DNA of 64,000 nt from Cyanobacteria bacterium auto_48_18 (GTDB lineage Bacteria; Cyanobacteriota; Vampirovibrionia; Obscuribacterales; Obscuribacteraceae). The position numbers were made by a program, and so were the translations under genes. The stretch covers positions 1-64,000 of the forward strand of contig JAVHQC010000004.1 in assembly GCA_036170915.1 (NCBI GenBank), read 5' to 3'. Position 1 is the first letter of the stretch. Each line of letters opens with the position of its first letter. The notes below the pieces were generated by a model. It made no database searches. It was not told where the DNA came from and was given only the letters and a program-made list of their open reading frames with translations. Positions 47,791 to 59,854 of this stretch are shown here, piece after piece.

Positions 47791-50700
47791 TTGGCCATTT
47801 CGACATATGAAGTACCTGAACAAAAGGCCATAGGGGATACTCCTCTGCGGGCCGAATTGTTCAGTGCCGGGCAGATGGAGCAACATGGTTATGCCCTGGC
47901 CCGCCAACACGTGCTTGGTTCGGGCACGGGTGGTGATCGGCTGCTTGACCGACTGGCAGAAAATGAAGAGATTTTGCTGCAAGCCGTGCGCATTCTCACG
48001 GTTACAGTCAAAGCAAATAGCCGTGTCAGCCCAGCCGGTGAATGGCTGCTTGATAACTTTTATTTAGTCGAAGAACAAGTGCGCATAGCCAAAAGCCACT
48101 TGCCAAAAGGATACAGCCGTCAATTACCTCGCTTGTTGGGAGGCATAAACGCTAATTTTCCTCGCGTCTATGACATTGCTCTTGAAATCATTTCGCACGG
48201 TGACGGCAGATTGGATCCTGAAAGTCTCAGTCGCCTGATCACTGCCTATCAGACTATTACACCGCTAACTCTCGGCGAACTCTGGGCTATTCCCATTATG
48301 TTGCGCATGGCTCTAATTGAAAACTTGCGGCGCGTAGCCGCTCGCATTGCCTCAGATAGCCAGGAACGAGATTTTGCTGTGAGCTGGGCGGCTCAAATGA
48401 TCGAGACGGCTGAAAAAGATCCAAAGAATTTAATTCTCACATTGGCCGATATGGCTCGCTCAGGGCCCCCACGGGCCAGTGCTTTTGTTGCTGAGTTAAC
48501 CAGATTATTGCGCGGTCAGGGGCCTGCACTGGCCCTTCCGATTTCATGGATTGAGCAATGGTTGTCAGAGGTGGGTTTAACCACTGAGCAACTTATACAA
48601 GCTGAAAGCCAGCTACAAGCTCAAGATCAAGTTTCAATTTCGAATACCATCTCCAGCTTGCGCTCTCTGGCATCTTTTAACTGGCGTGATTTTGTTGAAA
48701 GCCATAGCTTAGTTGAACAGATTTTACGCGAAGATCCTGAAGGCATCTATACCCGGATGGATTTTGCTACCCGCGACCACTATCGCCACGTGGTGGAAAA
48801 ATTAGCCAAGTTGACGCACCTGTCTGAAAGTGAAGTGGCCAGACAAGCCATTAGTCGCGCTCGTGAAGCGGCTCAAGCCAATAGTGGCCCGCAGCTCAGT
48901 CACGTTGGATATTATCTAGTCGACAAAGGTTATCCGCAGTTAGAAAAAATCGTTGAAGTAGATCTTTCGCTTGTGGATCACTTCCGGCGGGCTGCTAAAC
49001 GCTATCCGCAGATAATCTATTTTGGCACCATGGCTGTCATCACTTTGTCGGTCACCATATTTTCTATCTGGCGATTCTATCAACTCAATCATCTTTCAAA
49101 AGTTGCCTGGGCCGGCGTAATTTTTCTACTGTTGTTGGCTGCCAGTCAGTTTGCCGTTGCTCTGGTTAACTGGCTTTCCACTACATTCGCTAAAGCTTAT
49201 CCTCTGCCTAAAATGGATTATTCCAAAGGCATACCGGTGGAAGACTCGGCACTGGTAGTGGTGCCAACCATGCTCGGCAGCTTAAATGGTGTTGAAGACA
49301 TGGTGGAGGCCTTAGAAGTTAGATATCTGGCGAATCAGGACGACAATGTTTTCTTCGCCTTGCTTACCGATTTTACTGATTCCCCTAACCAAGCACAGCC
49401 TCAAGATGCACAGCTGGTCAACCTTGTGGCTAAGCGGGTGCAAGAGCTCAATATCAAATACGGCGACGGCAAAGATGTATTTTATCTCTTTCACCGCCCC
49501 CGTCTCTGGAATTCTCTCGATAGTATATGGATGGGTCACGAGCGTAAGCGTGGCAAACTGGGCGACCTCAATTGCTTGTTACGCGGCGGTAAAAATCATT
49601 TCTCCACAGTGGTGGGCGACGTCGCTGCTCTTGCTGACGTGCGCTACGTCATTACACTTGACGCTGATACGCAGTTACCACTCGAAGCTGCTAAGCAATT
49701 TGTCGGTGCTATTGCCCACCCACTTAATCGCGCTCGTTATGACGAGGCTAAGCAGCGAGTGGTAGAAGGTTATGGTATTTTGCAGCCTAGAGTTGATGTG
49801 AGCCTTTCGCCTCTCACTCATCGTTCGCCTTACGCCAAACTTTATGGTGCCGGTGTTGGTATTGACCCATACACGCGCACCGTATCTGATGTCTATCAAG
49901 ACTTATTCCATGAGGGTTCCTTTGTCGGCAAAGGCATTTACGAAATCGATGCTTTCGAACGCGCCCTGCGCGATCGCTTTTGCGAAAATCAAATTCTCAG
50001 TCACGACCTTCTTGAAGGCTGTTATGTCAGGTCTGGCCTGCTCAGCGACGCTCAGCTATACGAAGAATATCCCACCAGTTATAGTTTTGATGTGGCCAGA
50101 CGCTCCCGCTGGATTCGTGGTGACTGGCAGCTTTTACCCTGGCTTTTGCCTTTTTCCAGGAATGGCGATCAGCGCAGAAGCAAGCCATTGTCTTTGCTTT
50201 CACGCTGGAAAATATTTGACAATTTGCGCCGCAGTTTGGTGGCAGCTGCACAAGTAGCGCTTTTCATACTCGGATGGACAGTGCTTGCCCCCCATCCCTT
50301 CTGCACCATATTGCTAGTCGCTATGATGTTTCTGCCGGCGGCAGTGGCTGTGTTTAGCGAACTAATTCGCAAGCCGGAAGAACTTGAGCTGACACAACAC
50401 CTGACGACTGTAGCCGATTCTTGTCGCATACATTTTGCCCAGGTGCTTTTCTCCCTTATATGTTTGCCTTATGAGGCTTTCTATAGTCTATCGGCTGTTT
50501 TGCGCACACTTTTCCGCATGTACGTGACTCACCGCAAATTACTCGAATGGCGCACGGCAGGGGAAACGAGCGTCAGCAGCAACATGCTCTCGTTCTTCTG
50601 CTCAATGTGGATTGGCCCGTTTATAGCAATCGTTTGTTTGAGCTATTTATTTGTCAATGATCAAAAGACACTTGCTTATGCCATGCCGGTGCTGTTGTTC

Positions 50701-53700
50701 TGGTTGCTTTCGCCGGCGGTGGCATGTTGGTTCAGCCGGTCGTCACCAGTGGTGGTGGCAGAGCTTACCGTTGAGCAAAATTTATTCTTGCGTCAGATGG
50801 CACGCAAGACCTGGCAATTTTTCAAGGCACTTGTGGGGCCTGAAGACAACTGGCTGCCCCCCGACAATTACCAAGAAGAGCCTGTGGAGCGCACTGCTCA
50901 CCGTACTTCGCCTACCAATATTGGTATGGCCTTGCTGGCTAATCTGGCTGCTTACGATTTCGGCTATATCCACACCACCGAATTGATTGAACGCACGCAC
51001 TCGACTCTCACCACACTGAATCGGCTGGAGCGATATCGCGGGCATTTTTATAACTGGTATGACACCATCAGTCTGGCACCATTGCATCCGCGCTATGTTT
51101 CTACTGTTGACAGCGGAAATCTAGCCGGGCACTTATTAACCTTAAGACCTGGTTTAATCGGTCTGGTGGAATGTCCGGTTTTGCCGCCACATCTTTTTGA
51201 TGCCATCGCTGATACTTGCAGATTGCTGCAGCTGGCGCTCGGTAGTAATAGCAATCAGTTAAATAGTTTTGAGACCATGTTAGAGGGAGTGCGGCGCAAA
51301 CCGGCTACTAATCTCTCTTCCATACGCACAGATTTACTCGGCCTGGAGAAAGCGGCCATAAGCTTTAATGCCGGCCTGATTTTGATGTGTGATCCTAGAG
51401 TGCGCACCGATAGCTCCATTGAAGTGGAAATTTGGTCTGCCGCCTTGCTGGATCAATGCCAGGCGGCCTTAAATGAATTGAATTTGCTCACGCCCTGGGT
51501 GCAAGAAGAAGCGCTGACAAAACTGTTGCCTCTACTGCCGGTGCTCGACGGAGTACCAACATTGCGATTGCTTGCAGGTTACGACGACCTGGTGGATCAA
51601 GTTGATCTTGCTACTCTTGTTCAGTTAGCAGACTCAGACGTAGATCGCGAAAAAATTGATAACGTTCTAGAACTGGTTCGGCAGGCCAGTGTGCGCGCTC
51701 AGGAACTGATCATTACGATTGAGAATTTAGCCTCGTCGGTAGGTAAACTGGCGCAGATTCCATTTGATTTTCTCTATGACGAAAGGCGCCGCCTGCTCTC
51801 TATTGGTTACAACGTAGAAGACCACAGGCTCGACGCCAGCTTCTATGACTTACTTGCCTCGGAGGCCCGGCTCGGTAATTTTGTCGCCATCGCTCAGGGC
51901 AAACTACCTAAAGAAAGTTGGTTCTCCCTCGGTCGCCTGCTCACACGTGCTGCTGGAGAATCAGTTTTGTTCTCCTGGAGCGGCTCAATGTTCGAATACT
52001 TGATGCCACTGCTGGTGATGCCCTCGTATGACGACACGCTTTTAGCACAGACTTATCGGGTCTGTGTGGCCAGGCAGATTGAATACGGTAAGCAGCGCGG
52101 TGTGCCCTGGGGTGTTTCAGAGTCTGGATACAACAGTGTCGACGTGCACCTCAACTATCAATATAGAGCATTTGGTGTACCTGGTCTCGGTTTAAAACGC
52201 GGTTTAGTTGAAGATTTGGTCATCGCGCCTTATGCGTGCGTGATGGGGCTGATGGTGGCACCGGAAGAGTCTGTGGCCAATTTGCAGAAAATGCACGCCA
52301 GCGGATTTTCAGGTAAGTATGGATTTTACGAAGCGGTTGATTACACTGCTGCTCGGGTACCTCGCGGTCAGACTTATGTTCTTGTCAAATCGTTCATGGT
52401 GCACCACCTTGGTATGAGTCTGCTTTCCATGGCTTATCATCTGCTTGATAGGCCTATGCAAAAACGGTTTATGGCCGACCCATCTTTTCAGGCCACTGAG
52501 CTCTTGTTGCAAGAGAGAGTGCCCAAGGTCAGACCTGTGCAATCGCTGACCTCAGAAATTGCCGACTTGCGCACCACCCCTGATAATTCCGAATCATCTC
52601 TGCGGGTTCTCACCAGCCCAGACACTCCGTCGCCAGAATTGCAACTCTTGTCGAATGGTCGTTATCATGTGATGGTGACTAACTCTGGTGGTGGCTATTC
52701 CAGATGGAAAGACATGGCCATTACGCGCTGGCGTGAAGACACTACGGCCGACAACTTTGGTAGCTTCTGCTATGTGCGCGATCGCGAAAGTGGTGACTTC
52801 TTCTCCACTACCTATCAGCCGACTTTAGAAGTACCAGATGGTTTTGAGGCAATTTTCTCCGAAACAAAAGTAGAATTCAAACGCCGCGACGGCGACTTTG
52901 ATACACACTGCGAAATTGTAGTCTCGCCTGAAGACGACGTAGAAGTGAGGCGCGTGCAGCTGACTAATCGCTCACGTACACGCAGAGTGATTGACATTAC
53001 AAGCTACGGCGAGGTGGTTATCACTTCGCAAAATGCCGATCTTGCCCACACTACTTTCAGCAATTTGTTTGTCCAAACCGAAATCGACAAAGAGCGTCAG
53101 GCCATTCTTTGCCACCGCCGTGCGCGTTCTGAAAATGAAGCCATTCCTTATATGTTCCACCTCATGGCAGTGCACGGGGCAGAGCCTGGTGAAGTTTCTT
53201 ACGAAACTGATCGATCGCGCTTTATCGGTCGTGGTAACACTGTGGCCGATCCTCTGGCAATGAAGCGTCTTTCGGCATTGTCGAATACCCAGGGTAGTGT
53301 GCTTGATCCAATCGTTTCAATGCGCCACCGCATTGTCATTGAGGCTGAAGCTAATGTCACTATCAATATCGTTTCTGGTATTCATGAGACAAAAGAAGGC
53401 TGTCTGGCTCTGGTTGATAAATATCGCGATCGTGGACTGGCCGAGCGCGTTTTCGATCTGGCCTGGACTCACGGTCAGGTTGTTTTAAGGCAGCTCAATG
53501 CTAATGAGGGTGATGCGCAGCTCTATAATCGCCTGGCCAGTTCCATTATCTATCCGAGCAAAGCGCTGCGGGCCGATGCCGATATTCTTTTGAAGAACAA
53601 CCGCGGCCAGTCAGCTTTGTGGGGCTATACGGTTTCAGGCGATGTGCCTATCGTGCTTTTACAGATCAAAGAGCAAGCTAACAGCGAGCTGGTGCGCCAG

Positions 53701-56475
53701 CTGGTGCAGGCGCATGCTTACTGGCGATTGAAGGGTTTGACTTGTGATCTGGTGATATGGAATGAAGACCAGGCCGGTTACCGGCAAGTATTGCAAGAAG
53801 AAATTGTCGGCATCATTGCTTCGGGTTTCGAAGCCACCATGGGTGATGGCCCGGGTGGAATTTTTGTGCGCCCAGCAGAACAAATATCGGCCGAAGATAG
53901 AATTTTGTTCCAGGCCGTGGCTAGGGTTATAATCACCGACTCAAAAGGCAGTTTGCTCGAACAAGTTGCCGGTTATGGCTTGCGTGAAAAGCGGCCGCCG
54001 CGGCTCGTTGCTACGCGTATCTATAAACCTGATGTGGGGAAAGGTGTAAGTGAACTGAGATCTGATTTGATTCTCGTTAATGGTCTGGGAGGCTTCACCA
54101 GCGACGGCCGTGAATATGTAATTTCTACTGATCAAAATCAAGTGACACCGGCACCCTGGTCGAATGTTTTGGCAAATCGTAATTTCGGCACAGTGGTGAC
54201 CGAAAGTGGTTCGGTTTACACCTGGGCGGAAAACGCACACGAATTTCGTTTGACCCCATGGAACAACGACCCTATTAGTGATTCCAGTGGTGAAGCTTTT
54301 TATATACGAGACGAAGAAACGGCCAACTTCTGGTCACCATCGCCGCTGCCGGCGCGGGGTTCCGCGCCCTATACCAGCCGTCACGGGTTTGGTTATAGCG
54401 TCTTTGAGCACACCGAATCTGGTATCGAATCTGAACTGCTGGTTTTTGTCGCTTTAGATGATAACGTCAAATTTTCAGTACTTAAGGTGAAGAATCGCTC
54501 CGGGCGACCACGAAAACTTTCAGCTACCGGTTATGTGGAATGGATACTGGGTGATTTGAAATCAAAAACCAGCATGCACGTGGCCACTGAGCTTGATGCC
54601 AAAACAGGAGCGCTTCTGGCTCGCAATGCCTACAACTCAGAGTTTGCCGGTCGAGTCGCTTTCTTTGATGTTAGTGACACCACACGCACAATCACAGGCG
54701 ATCGCACTGAATTTTTAGGGCGCAATGGTAGCCTCGCTTCTCCTGCGGCAATGAGACGGGTGCGCCTCTCAGGCAAATTCGGAGCAGGACTTGATCCCTG
54801 TGCCGCCATTCAAATTCCATTTGAGCTGGCCGATGGTGAAGAGCGCGAAATTGTCTTCAGACTTGGTGTCGGTAACGATATTAATCATGCTCGCGGCATT
54901 ATTAATCGCTTCCGCGGCCTGGCTGCAAAACGTGATGCTTACGAGAATATCTGCCATTACTGGAAGCATACATTGGGTGCAGTCAATGTTGAAACTCCAG
55001 ATGCATCTATTAATATGCTTATTAATGGTTGGCTCTTGTATCAAACCATCGGCTGTCGCATTTGGGGTAGAACTGGCTATTACCAGTCTGGTGGTGCCTT
55101 TGGTTTTAGAGACCAGTTGCAAGATTGCATGGCCCTGGTGCACTGCGAGCCCTTGATTTTGCGTGATCAGTTGCTTAAGAGTGCATCGCGCCAGTTTGTT
55201 GAAGGTGACGCACAACACTGGTGGCATCCTCCTAGTGGCCGCGGCGTGCGCACCCATTGTTCAGACGATTATTTGTGGCTGCCTTTTGCCGCTCATCGCT
55301 ATGTCACATGCACAGGAGACACTGGCATCCTCGACGAGAAAGTATCGTTTTTAACCGGACGCCTGCTCAATGCCGACGAAGAGTCGTATTATGATCAGCC
55401 GCAGATTTCGGATCAAAGTGCATCTTTGTATGAGCACTGTCTTCGCGCGATCAAACATGGTTTGCGCATGGGTGAACATGGCCTACCGCTTATTGGCGCC
55501 GGAGACTGGAACGATGGTATGAACCTCGTTGGTGAACACGGCAAAGGCGAAAGTATCTGGTTGGCCTTCTTCCTTTATGATGTCTTATGTCGGTTTTCTG
55601 AACTGGCCGCTAAACGCGAAGATCAAGAAACAGTAGATTTATGCGCTACCGAGGCGGCAAAGCTCAAAGAAAATGTGGCTGCACATGGCTGGGACGGCGA
55701 GTGGTATCGCCGTGCTTACTTTGACGACGGTACGCCGCTTGGTACCTCCAATGGCAGTGAATGCCAGATTGATTCTATTGCCCAGAGCTGGTCGGTGCTC
55801 TCAGGTGGTGGTGATCATGCCCGTTGTAAGCAAGCCATGGGTAGTCTCAATAAACGCCTCGTGCGTAGAGAACATGCATTGATTCAACTTCTTGACCCAC
55901 CATTTGATCAAGGCACCCTTAACCCGGGTTATATCAAAGGCTATGTGCCTGGTGTGCGCGAGAATGGTGGACAATATACTCACAGCGCTGTGTGGGCGGC
56001 AATGGCTTTCGCCAAACTGGGCGACAGCAGGCTAGCCTGGGAATTGACCACCATGATCAACCCCGTTAACCACGGCAATTCTCCCGAGAAGGTTGCTCTC
56101 TATAAAGTCGAGCCTTATGTCATTGCAGCTGATGTATACGGTGTGACGCCGCACACCGGCCGTGGTGGCTGGACCTGGTACACAGGCTCGGCCGGCTGGT
56201 TCTATCGCTTATTAGTTGAGTCGCTATTGGGCTTAAGGCTCGACATCGACAAACTCTACTTCACGCCGTGTTTGCCTGCAGACTGGAATTCTTATAAGTT
56301 GCACTATCGCTACCGCGAAACTGTATTCCATATCACGGTGACTCAACAAGATCAGCTCGAACGTGAGGTGATGATTAAGTTGGATGGCGTTGATTGCGGC
56401 GAAAGCTTGCCACTTTCAGCTGATCGCAAAGATCATTTTGTAGAAGTGCAAGTCAGGCGCCAGCGGTTAGGTTGA
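47791..56475 (+). CDS. ndvB: Cyclic beta-1,2-glucan synthase (GT84 plus GH94 phosphorylase domain)
   Basis: 2894 aa; [80 protein letters not shown]. Confidence 0.95.
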   Translation: MAISTYEVPEQKAIGDTPLRAELFSAGQMEQHGYALARQHVLGSGTGGDRLLDRLAENEEILLQAVRILTVTVKANSRVSPAGEWLLDNFYLVEEQVRIAKSHLPKGYSRQLPRLLGGINANFPRVYDIALEIISHGDGRLDPESLSRLITAYQTITPLTLGELWAIPIMLRMALIENLRRVAARIASDSQERDFAVSWAAQMIETAEKDPKNLILTLADMARSGPPRASAFVAELTRLLRGQGPALALPISWIEQWLSEVGLTTEQLIQAESQLQAQDQVSISNTISSLRSLASFNWRDFVESHSLVEQILREDPEGIYTRMDFATRDHYRHVVEKLAKLTHLSESEVARQAISRAREAAQANSGPQLSHVGYYLVDKGYPQLEKIVEVDLSLVDHFRRAAKRYPQIIYFGTMAVITLSVTIFSIWRFYQLNHLSKVAWAGVIFLLLLAASQFAVALVNWLSTTFAKAYPLPKMDYSKGIPVEDSALVVVPTMLGSLNGVEDMVEALEVRYLANQDDNVFFALLTDFTDSPNQAQPQDAQLVNLVAKRVQELNIKYGDGKDVFYLFHRPRLWNSLDSIWMGHERKRGKLGDLNCLLRGGKNHFSTVVGDVAALADVRYVITLDADTQLPLEAAKQFVGAIAHPLNRARYDEAKQRVVEGYGILQPRVDVSLSPLTHRSPYAKLYGAGVGIDPYTRTVSDVYQDLFHEGSFVGKGIYEIDAFERALRDRFCENQILSHDLLEGCYVRSGLLSDAQLYEEYPTSYSFDVARRSRWIRGDWQLLPWLLPFSRNGDQRRSKPLSLLSRWKIFDNLRRSLVAAAQVALFILGWTVLAPHPFCTILLVAMMFLPAAVAVFSELIRKPEELELTQHLTTVADSCRIHFAQVLFSLICLPYEAFYSLSAVLRTLFRMYVTHRKLLEWRTAGETSVSSNMLSFFCSMWIGPFIAIVCLSYLFVNDQKTLAYAMPVLLFWLLSPAVACWFSRSSPVVVAELTVEQNLFLRQMARKTWQFFKALVGPEDNWLPPDNYQEEPVERTAHRTSPTNIGMALLANLAAYDFGYIHTTELIERTHSTLTTLNRLERYRGHFYNWYDTISLAPLHPRYVSTVDSGNLAGHLLTLRPGLIGLVECPVLPPHLFDAIADTCRLLQLALGSNSNQLNSFETMLEGVRRKPATNLSSIRTDLLGLEKAAISFNAGLILMCDPRVRTDSSIEVEIWSAALLDQCQAALNELNLLTPWVQEEALTKLLPLLPVLDGVPTLRLLAGYDDLVDQVDLATLVQLADSDVDREKIDNVLELVRQASVRAQELIITIENLASSVGKLAQIPFDFLYDERRRLLSIGYNVEDHRLDASFYDLLASEARLGNFVAIAQGKLPKESWFSLGRLLTRAAGESVLFSWSGSMFEYLMPLLVMPSYDDTLLAQTYRVCVARQIEYGKQRGVPWGVSESGYNSVDVHLNYQYRAFGVPGLGLKRGLVEDLVIAPYACVMGLMVAPEESVANLQKMHASGFSGKYGFYEAVDYTAARVPRGQTYVLVKSFMVHHLGMSLLSMAYHLLDRPMQKRFMADPSFQATELLLQERVPKVRPVQSLTSEIADLRTTPDNSESSLRVLTSPDTPSPELQLLSNGRYHVMVTNSGGGYSRWKDMAITRWREDTTADNFGSFCYVRDRESGDFFSTTYQPTLEVPDGFEAIFSETKVEFKRRDGDFDTHCEIVVSPEDDVEVRRVQLTNRSRTRRVIDITSYGEVVITSQNADLAHTTFSNLFVQTEIDKERQAILCHRRARSENEAIPYMFHLMAVHGAEPGEVSYETDRSRFIGRGNTVADPLAMKRLSALSNTQGSVLDPIVSMRHRIVIEAEANVTINIVSGIHETKEGCLALVDKYRDRGLAERVFDLAWTHGQVVLRQLNANEGDAQLYNRLASSIIYPSKALRADADILLKNNRGQSALWGYTVSGDVPIVLLQIKEQANSELVRQLVQAHAYWRLKGLTCDLVIWNEDQAGYRQVLQEEIVGIIASGFEATMGDGPGGIFVRPAEQISAEDRILFQAVARVIITDSKGSLLEQVAGYGLREKRPPRLVATRIYKPDVGKGVSELRSDLILVNGLGGFTSDGREYVISTDQNQVTPAPWSNVLANRNFGTVVTESGSVYTWAENAHEFRLTPWNNDPISDSSGEAFYIRDEETANFWSPSPLPARGSAPYTSRHGFGYSVFEHTESGIESELLVFVALDDNVKFSVLKVKNRSGRPRKLSATGYVEWILGDLKSKTSMHVATELDAKTGALLARNAYNSEFAGRVAFFDVSDTTRTITGDRTEFLGRNGSLASPAAMRRVRLSGKFGAGLDPCAAIQIPFELADGEEREIVFRLGVGNDINHARGIINRFRGLAAKRDAYENICHYWKHTLGAVNVETPDASINMLINGWLLYQTIGCRIWGRTGYYQSGGAFGFRDQLQDCMALVHCEPLILRDQLLKSASRQFVEGDAQHWWHPPSGRGVRTHCSDDYLWLPFAAHRYVTCTGDTGILDEKVSFLTGRLLNADEESYYDQPQISDQSASLYEHCLRAIKHGLRMGEHGLPLIGAGDWNDGMNLVGEHGKGESIWLAFFLYDVLCRFSELAAKREDQETVDLCATEAAKLKENVAAHGWDGEWYRRAYFDDGTPLGTSNGSECQIDSIAQSWSVLSGGGDHARCKQAMGSLNKRLVRREHALIQLLDPPFDQGTLNPGYIKGYVPGVRENGGQYTHSAVWAAMAFAKLGDSRLAWELTTMINPVNHGNSPEKVALYKVEPYVIAADVYGVTPHTGRGGWTWYTGSAGWFYRLLVESLLGLRLDIDKLYFTPCLPADWNSYKLHYRYRETVFHITVTQQDQLEREVMIKLDGVDCGESLPLSADRKDHFVEVQVRRQRLG

Positions 56476-56508
56476 GAAAATACGTTCGAACTTATTGTTC
56501 ATAGAAAG

Positions 56509-56538
56509 AGAGCAGGGCATTAGCCCTGCTCTTTATTT
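56509..56538 (+). terminator. Intrinsic terminator after ndvB
   Basis: AGAGCAGGGC-ATTA-GCCCTGCTCT followed by TTATTT. Confidence 0.85.
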
Positions 56539-56718
56539 CCTGTGCGCTTATGCGAAAGCTTAAAATCCGAATTGAATTATTTGAGATAACGGTTCGGCGT
56601 CTATTTGTTTCTTGCACTTCAGGAATGTACAGAACATAGGACTAAATGCATGCCCTTTAGTTCCATTTCTTTTGAAAGATTTTTTTGAATTTAAAGAGAG
56701 GCAACTCAACGGTATTTT

Positions 56719-56744
56719 GGAACCAATAGCGCCGGTGGCAGTCT
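56719..56744 (+). promoter_or_regulatory. ECF-sigma-type promoter GGAAC-N17-GTCT
   Basis: Upstream of the small membrane protein gene and the 56993 gene. Confidence 0.65.
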
Positions 56745-56795
56745 ATGCCTGTGTCAGAGAATGACACTTGAAGAAACCCATTTGGAGACATTGAA

Positions 56796-56945
56796 ATGAT
56801 AAATACATTGATTTCGCTGCTTATTTTATTCTGGATTGTCGGTCTCGTGTCACACATTGGCGGCGACTTCATTCACACACTTTTGGTGTTGGCCGTTGCT
56901 GTCTTCATTTTCAATATCGTCACGGGCCGTGGCGCTCGAGTTTAA
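56796..56945 (+). CDS. lmo0937-family (DUF5670) 49-aa membrane protein, absent from the ORF track
   Basis: MINTLISLLILFWIVGLVSHIGGDFIHTLLVLAVAVFIFNIVTGRGARV; GGAGA RBS; GG.IH.LLV.A motif. Confidence 0.85.
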   Translation: MINTLISLLILFWIVGLVSHIGGDFIHTLLVLAVAVFIFNIVTGRGARV

Positions 56946-56992
56946 ATTATTTGCTTGCGCCGGCCCGTCATAATCATCACAAGGAGTGATCA

Positions 56993-57892
56993 ATGAGAAA
57001 TTTACCTGTGTTTTTAGCAGGTGTAATACTTGCAGGTACTGTTGCTATGCCCGCCCTGGCAGATGAAATCACCACTGTAAGAACTACTACAACCACCACA
57101 GACAGTGCTCCAGCAGCTGTAGTTACCCTCACCCCCGGCGGCAATTACATGGTAGTTGACCCGGTTACTGGCGTCATGAAGGGCGTTTATGATCCCGCTC
57201 GAGGTCTGGTTGGTTCGTCTATAGCACCAGGCCTTGTTGTTATCGACAACACTTCAAATCGCGTGGTTGCAACATTTGACTCTGGCGGCCGAGTTATTGC
57301 TTTAACCAATGCACCTGCCTATGACAGTCTTGTTGTATCAATTGATGCACGTCGTGCTGAATTAGAAAAAATGATCGCAGCTGGTCGACCGCTCATGAGC
57401 GACGCTGTTGCAGCTGTATTGCGTGAAGAACTAACCAGCATCGCTTCTCAAGAATCGGCATACAGACAGTCAGGCCGGCCGCTCAACTATGAAGAAGCGC
57501 TTTCTTTAGCCCAGCGCCTTAACTCTTTGAGTGATCGCGTGGTGCCTTATGTAAAAGGTGTCACCTTTAGACCGCTGATTGGAAGCAGCTTTGTCACCAC
57601 TTCTGGCAGTCTGGTGATGGTTGACGAGTATTCATCGCGCAATCTCAGAATGCAAAGGCGGATTGATGATGAATATGCAGCCGGAAGATTGTCTAATGAC
57701 AATGTGGCAAGACTTAAAAGTAGCTTGAATGAAGTAGCTTCACTGCAGACCAAATATACAAAAAATGGTCGGCTTAATCCAAGTAGAACTAAGACTATAG
57801 CCACTCGATTAGACAAAGTGCAATCAAGTATGGATCGCGACATCGCCGATATCAACGCTAAACGTGCTCGTATTGGTATCAAGGTTAATTAG
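56993..57892 (+). CDS. Exported hypothetical protein, paralog of 32857-33654
   Basis: Signal peptide ALA-D, poly-Thr, YMVVDPVTG, RRIDDEY..GRLS; AAGGAG RBS. Confidence 0.8.
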   Translation: MRNLPVFLAGVILAGTVAMPALADEITTVRTTTTTTDSAPAAVVTLTPGGNYMVVDPVTGVMKGVYDPARGLVGSSIAPGLVVIDNTSNRVVATFDSGGRVIALTNAPAYDSLVVSIDARRAELEKMIAAGRPLMSDAVAAVLREELTSIASQESAYRQSGRPLNYEEALSLAQRLNSLSDRVVPYVKGVTFRPLIGSSFVTTSGSLVMVDEYSSRNLRMQRRIDDEYAAGRLSNDNVARLKSSLNEVASLQTKYTKNGRLNPSRTKTIATRLDKVQSSMDRDIADINAKRARIGIKVN

Positions 57893-57971
57893 CCGATAAG
57901 GCTGAGACCAAGCTGACAGAAAAGGCCATAAAGAGGCTAAATAGCCCACTGGTGAGGCGTTGGGTTCTAGA

Positions 57972-58029
57972 AAAATAACTAGATTGATATCAATCTAGTT
58001 ATTTTCCAGAATCAGATTGATATCAATCT
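57972..58029. repeat. Tandem pair of the 16-bp palindrome AGATTGATATCAATCT (locus 2)
   Basis: Copies at 57981-57996 (inside a 34-bp perfect palindrome, 57972-58005) and 58014-58029. Confidence 0.92.
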
Positions 58030-58062
58030 AAGATCGAAGCTGACTGCCTAAAGTCATAATTT

Positions 58063-58105
58063 AAAAAGCTTGAACGACCCGACCAACGGTTCATTCAGGC
58101 TTTTT
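58063..58105. terminator. Bidirectional terminator-like hairpin
   Basis: AAAAAGCTTGAA ... TTCAGGCTTTTT between convergent genes. Confidence 0.6.
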
Positions 58106-58122
58106 ATACAGTTTCAGTAGAA

Positions 58123-58509
58123 CTAGTCTAAAGCTTCTGGATCCGGTACAGGGGCCGGCTTAAGCTCAGGAATCTTAGGCATGGGCGGCTTCGGTTCTTC
58201 TGGCTTAGGTGCGGGTTGGCCAGGGACCGGATTGGGCGACGGTGCGGGGTTTGGCCCTGGGCTTGGCTGACCAGGCATGGGGTTTGGCACCGGCACTGGA
58301 ATAGGGCTTGGAACAGGTACTGGAATGGAAGGCTCAGCCCGACGCAAGTGACCAGGCGAGCCCTGAGGCGCTTCGCGTTTTGGTAAATTGGCACCCGGCG
58401 GGTGGTTCGGCATGATAACCGCCAGTGCTGGGGCCAAAAATGCTGCCTGAGCCTGACACATAGTCTGGCAAACAAGGGCTAAAATCAGATATTTTTGCTT
58501 CGCAGACAT
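58123..58509 (-). CDS. Small exported proline-rich protein
   Basis: Hydrophobic N-terminus followed by PVPVP/PSP/PKP low-complexity repeats; ECF motif upstream. Confidence 0.6.
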   Translation of the reverse strand: MSAKQKYLILALVCQTMCQAQAAFLAPALAVIMPNHPPGANLPKREAPQGSPGHLRRAEPSIPVPVPSPIPVPVPNPMPGQPSPGPNPAPSPNPVPGQPAPKPEEPKPPMPKIPELKPAPVPDPEALD

Positions 58510-58558
58510 TTGCTTATACCAGTGTTTCTACTATCCAGGTTTCTACAACCCGCCACAA

Positions 58559-58584
58559 TGACATAGAAATCAAGCACTGGTTCC
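58559..58584 (-). promoter_or_regulatory. ECF-sigma-type promoter GGAAC-N17-GTCA
   Basis: Minus strand, about 50 bp before the ATG at 58509. Confidence 0.55.
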
Positions 58585-58636
58585 CAAATGTAATGTTTTT
58601 TTAGCAGATGTCATGTTACAGGTTGCGCCAGGGTAT

Positions 58637-59761
58637 TTAACTGGCCCTTTCCTGAACGCTGGAATCAATGATTTCGATGTTGTCAATCTGTTCAATTGTT
58701 TCCATTACATTCAACTTTTCCTGCCCATCTAATGCTGTGTTCTCGTAATTGATTTGATCAAAGATGGCGGGTGGCACTAGAACGTATACGGCATTCGGAA
58801 TCACTGTGACACGCATGGGTGTTGTACCTGCTTCTTCGCCATCAATCATGGCTGTCACGGCGTTATTTCGTGGGCTTAAAGCGCTGCCGGCGCTGGTCAA
58901 AACTGACCTTGCTTTTTTTGCCACATTTTGAAAAGCTGAGCGAAGTCCGCGTCGAGGCACCACGTCGATCACTGCTTCTTTTACCTTCAACACGATGTGA
59001 GGTGCCTCTCCATCAATCTGGCCACCAGCAAAGCGGAAACCAATTTTCACATAATCGTTGAATCTTTTAGGGTTCAATATATGCAGTTCCATAAGGCCGT
59101 CGTATAGCATGCTGGTATCAGCAGTTTTCCCCAGGCCGAGATCTTCTACATTGCCGACAAACACTCCAGAGGCTTGCACCTTGAAGGTTTGACCGCCAGT
59201 GGTGATTTTGAATATTACTGGTCTTTCAGCGATTGTATTTATCATTGCTACGGCATATGCCATCATCTTGAACTTAGTTTTTAGTTGCCTGGCAGGAAAG
59301 ACAAAGGCGTCTGAAAGTGGCCCTGCGCCTGCCATGCCAGCGAAAAATTCGCCATTCATCATGCCCATATCAATGCGCATAGGCTTGCCGTTTTTGATCA
59401 CCTCAAGCGCGTTTTCGAGCGGATCGGCGAAAAACTTTTCGGCCACGATACCTAAATTGCGAGCTAACACGTTACCTGTACCGAGTGGCATAATCGCGGC
59501 AGGAATATTTGACTTGGCTTCAGCCAGCGCTGCCAGGGCAAATCGTATAGTGCCATCACCGCCAGCGGCAATGACGAGGTCTAGTGGTGGCTTTAATAGT
59601 GGCACAAGATGCTGGGCTGTGGTTTCTATTGACGTTGGATATAAAGTAACTAGAAACTCGCCGTCTTTAGTTAGTTCGGTAACAAACTGTCCGAGCCAAG
59701 CTTCGGCGTGAGTTTGCGAACGGGCAGAAGGGTTGTAAACGAGCAAGACATTTTTTGGCAT
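58637..59761 (-). CDS. Diacylglycerol/lipid kinase family protein (YegS/DgkB-like)
   Basis: YNPSA, AAGGDGT, PLGTGNVLA, IDGE. Confidence 0.92.
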   Translation of the reverse strand: MPKNVLLVYNPSARSQTHAEAWLGQFVTELTKDGEFLVTLYPTSIETTAQHLVPLLKPPLDLVIAAGGDGTIRFALAALAEAKSNIPAAIMPLGTGNVLARNLGIVAEKFFADPLENALEVIKNGKPMRIDMGMMNGEFFAGMAGAGPLSDAFVFPARQLKTKFKMMAYAVAMINTIAERPVIFKITTGGQTFKVQASGVFVGNVEDLGLGKTADTSMLYDGLMELHILNPKRFNDYVKIGFRFAGGQIDGEAPHIVLKVKEAVIDVVPRRGLRSAFQNVAKKARSVLTSAGSALSPRNNAVTAMIDGEEAGTTPMRVTVIPNAVYVLVPPAIFDQINYENTALDGQEKLNVMETIEQIDNIEIIDSSVQERAS

Positions 59762-59854
59762 ATTGTTATTTTAGTTGTGGGGTTCCATACTGTTTCGTTC
59801 TACTAGTGTCGCTGAAACACCCCAGATTGTTCCATTTTTATTGTCGCGTTATCT

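Noticed and set aside
57981..57996. FNR box
   Set aside because: TTGAT and ATCAA abut with no 4-bp spacer, and the sites are downstream of genes
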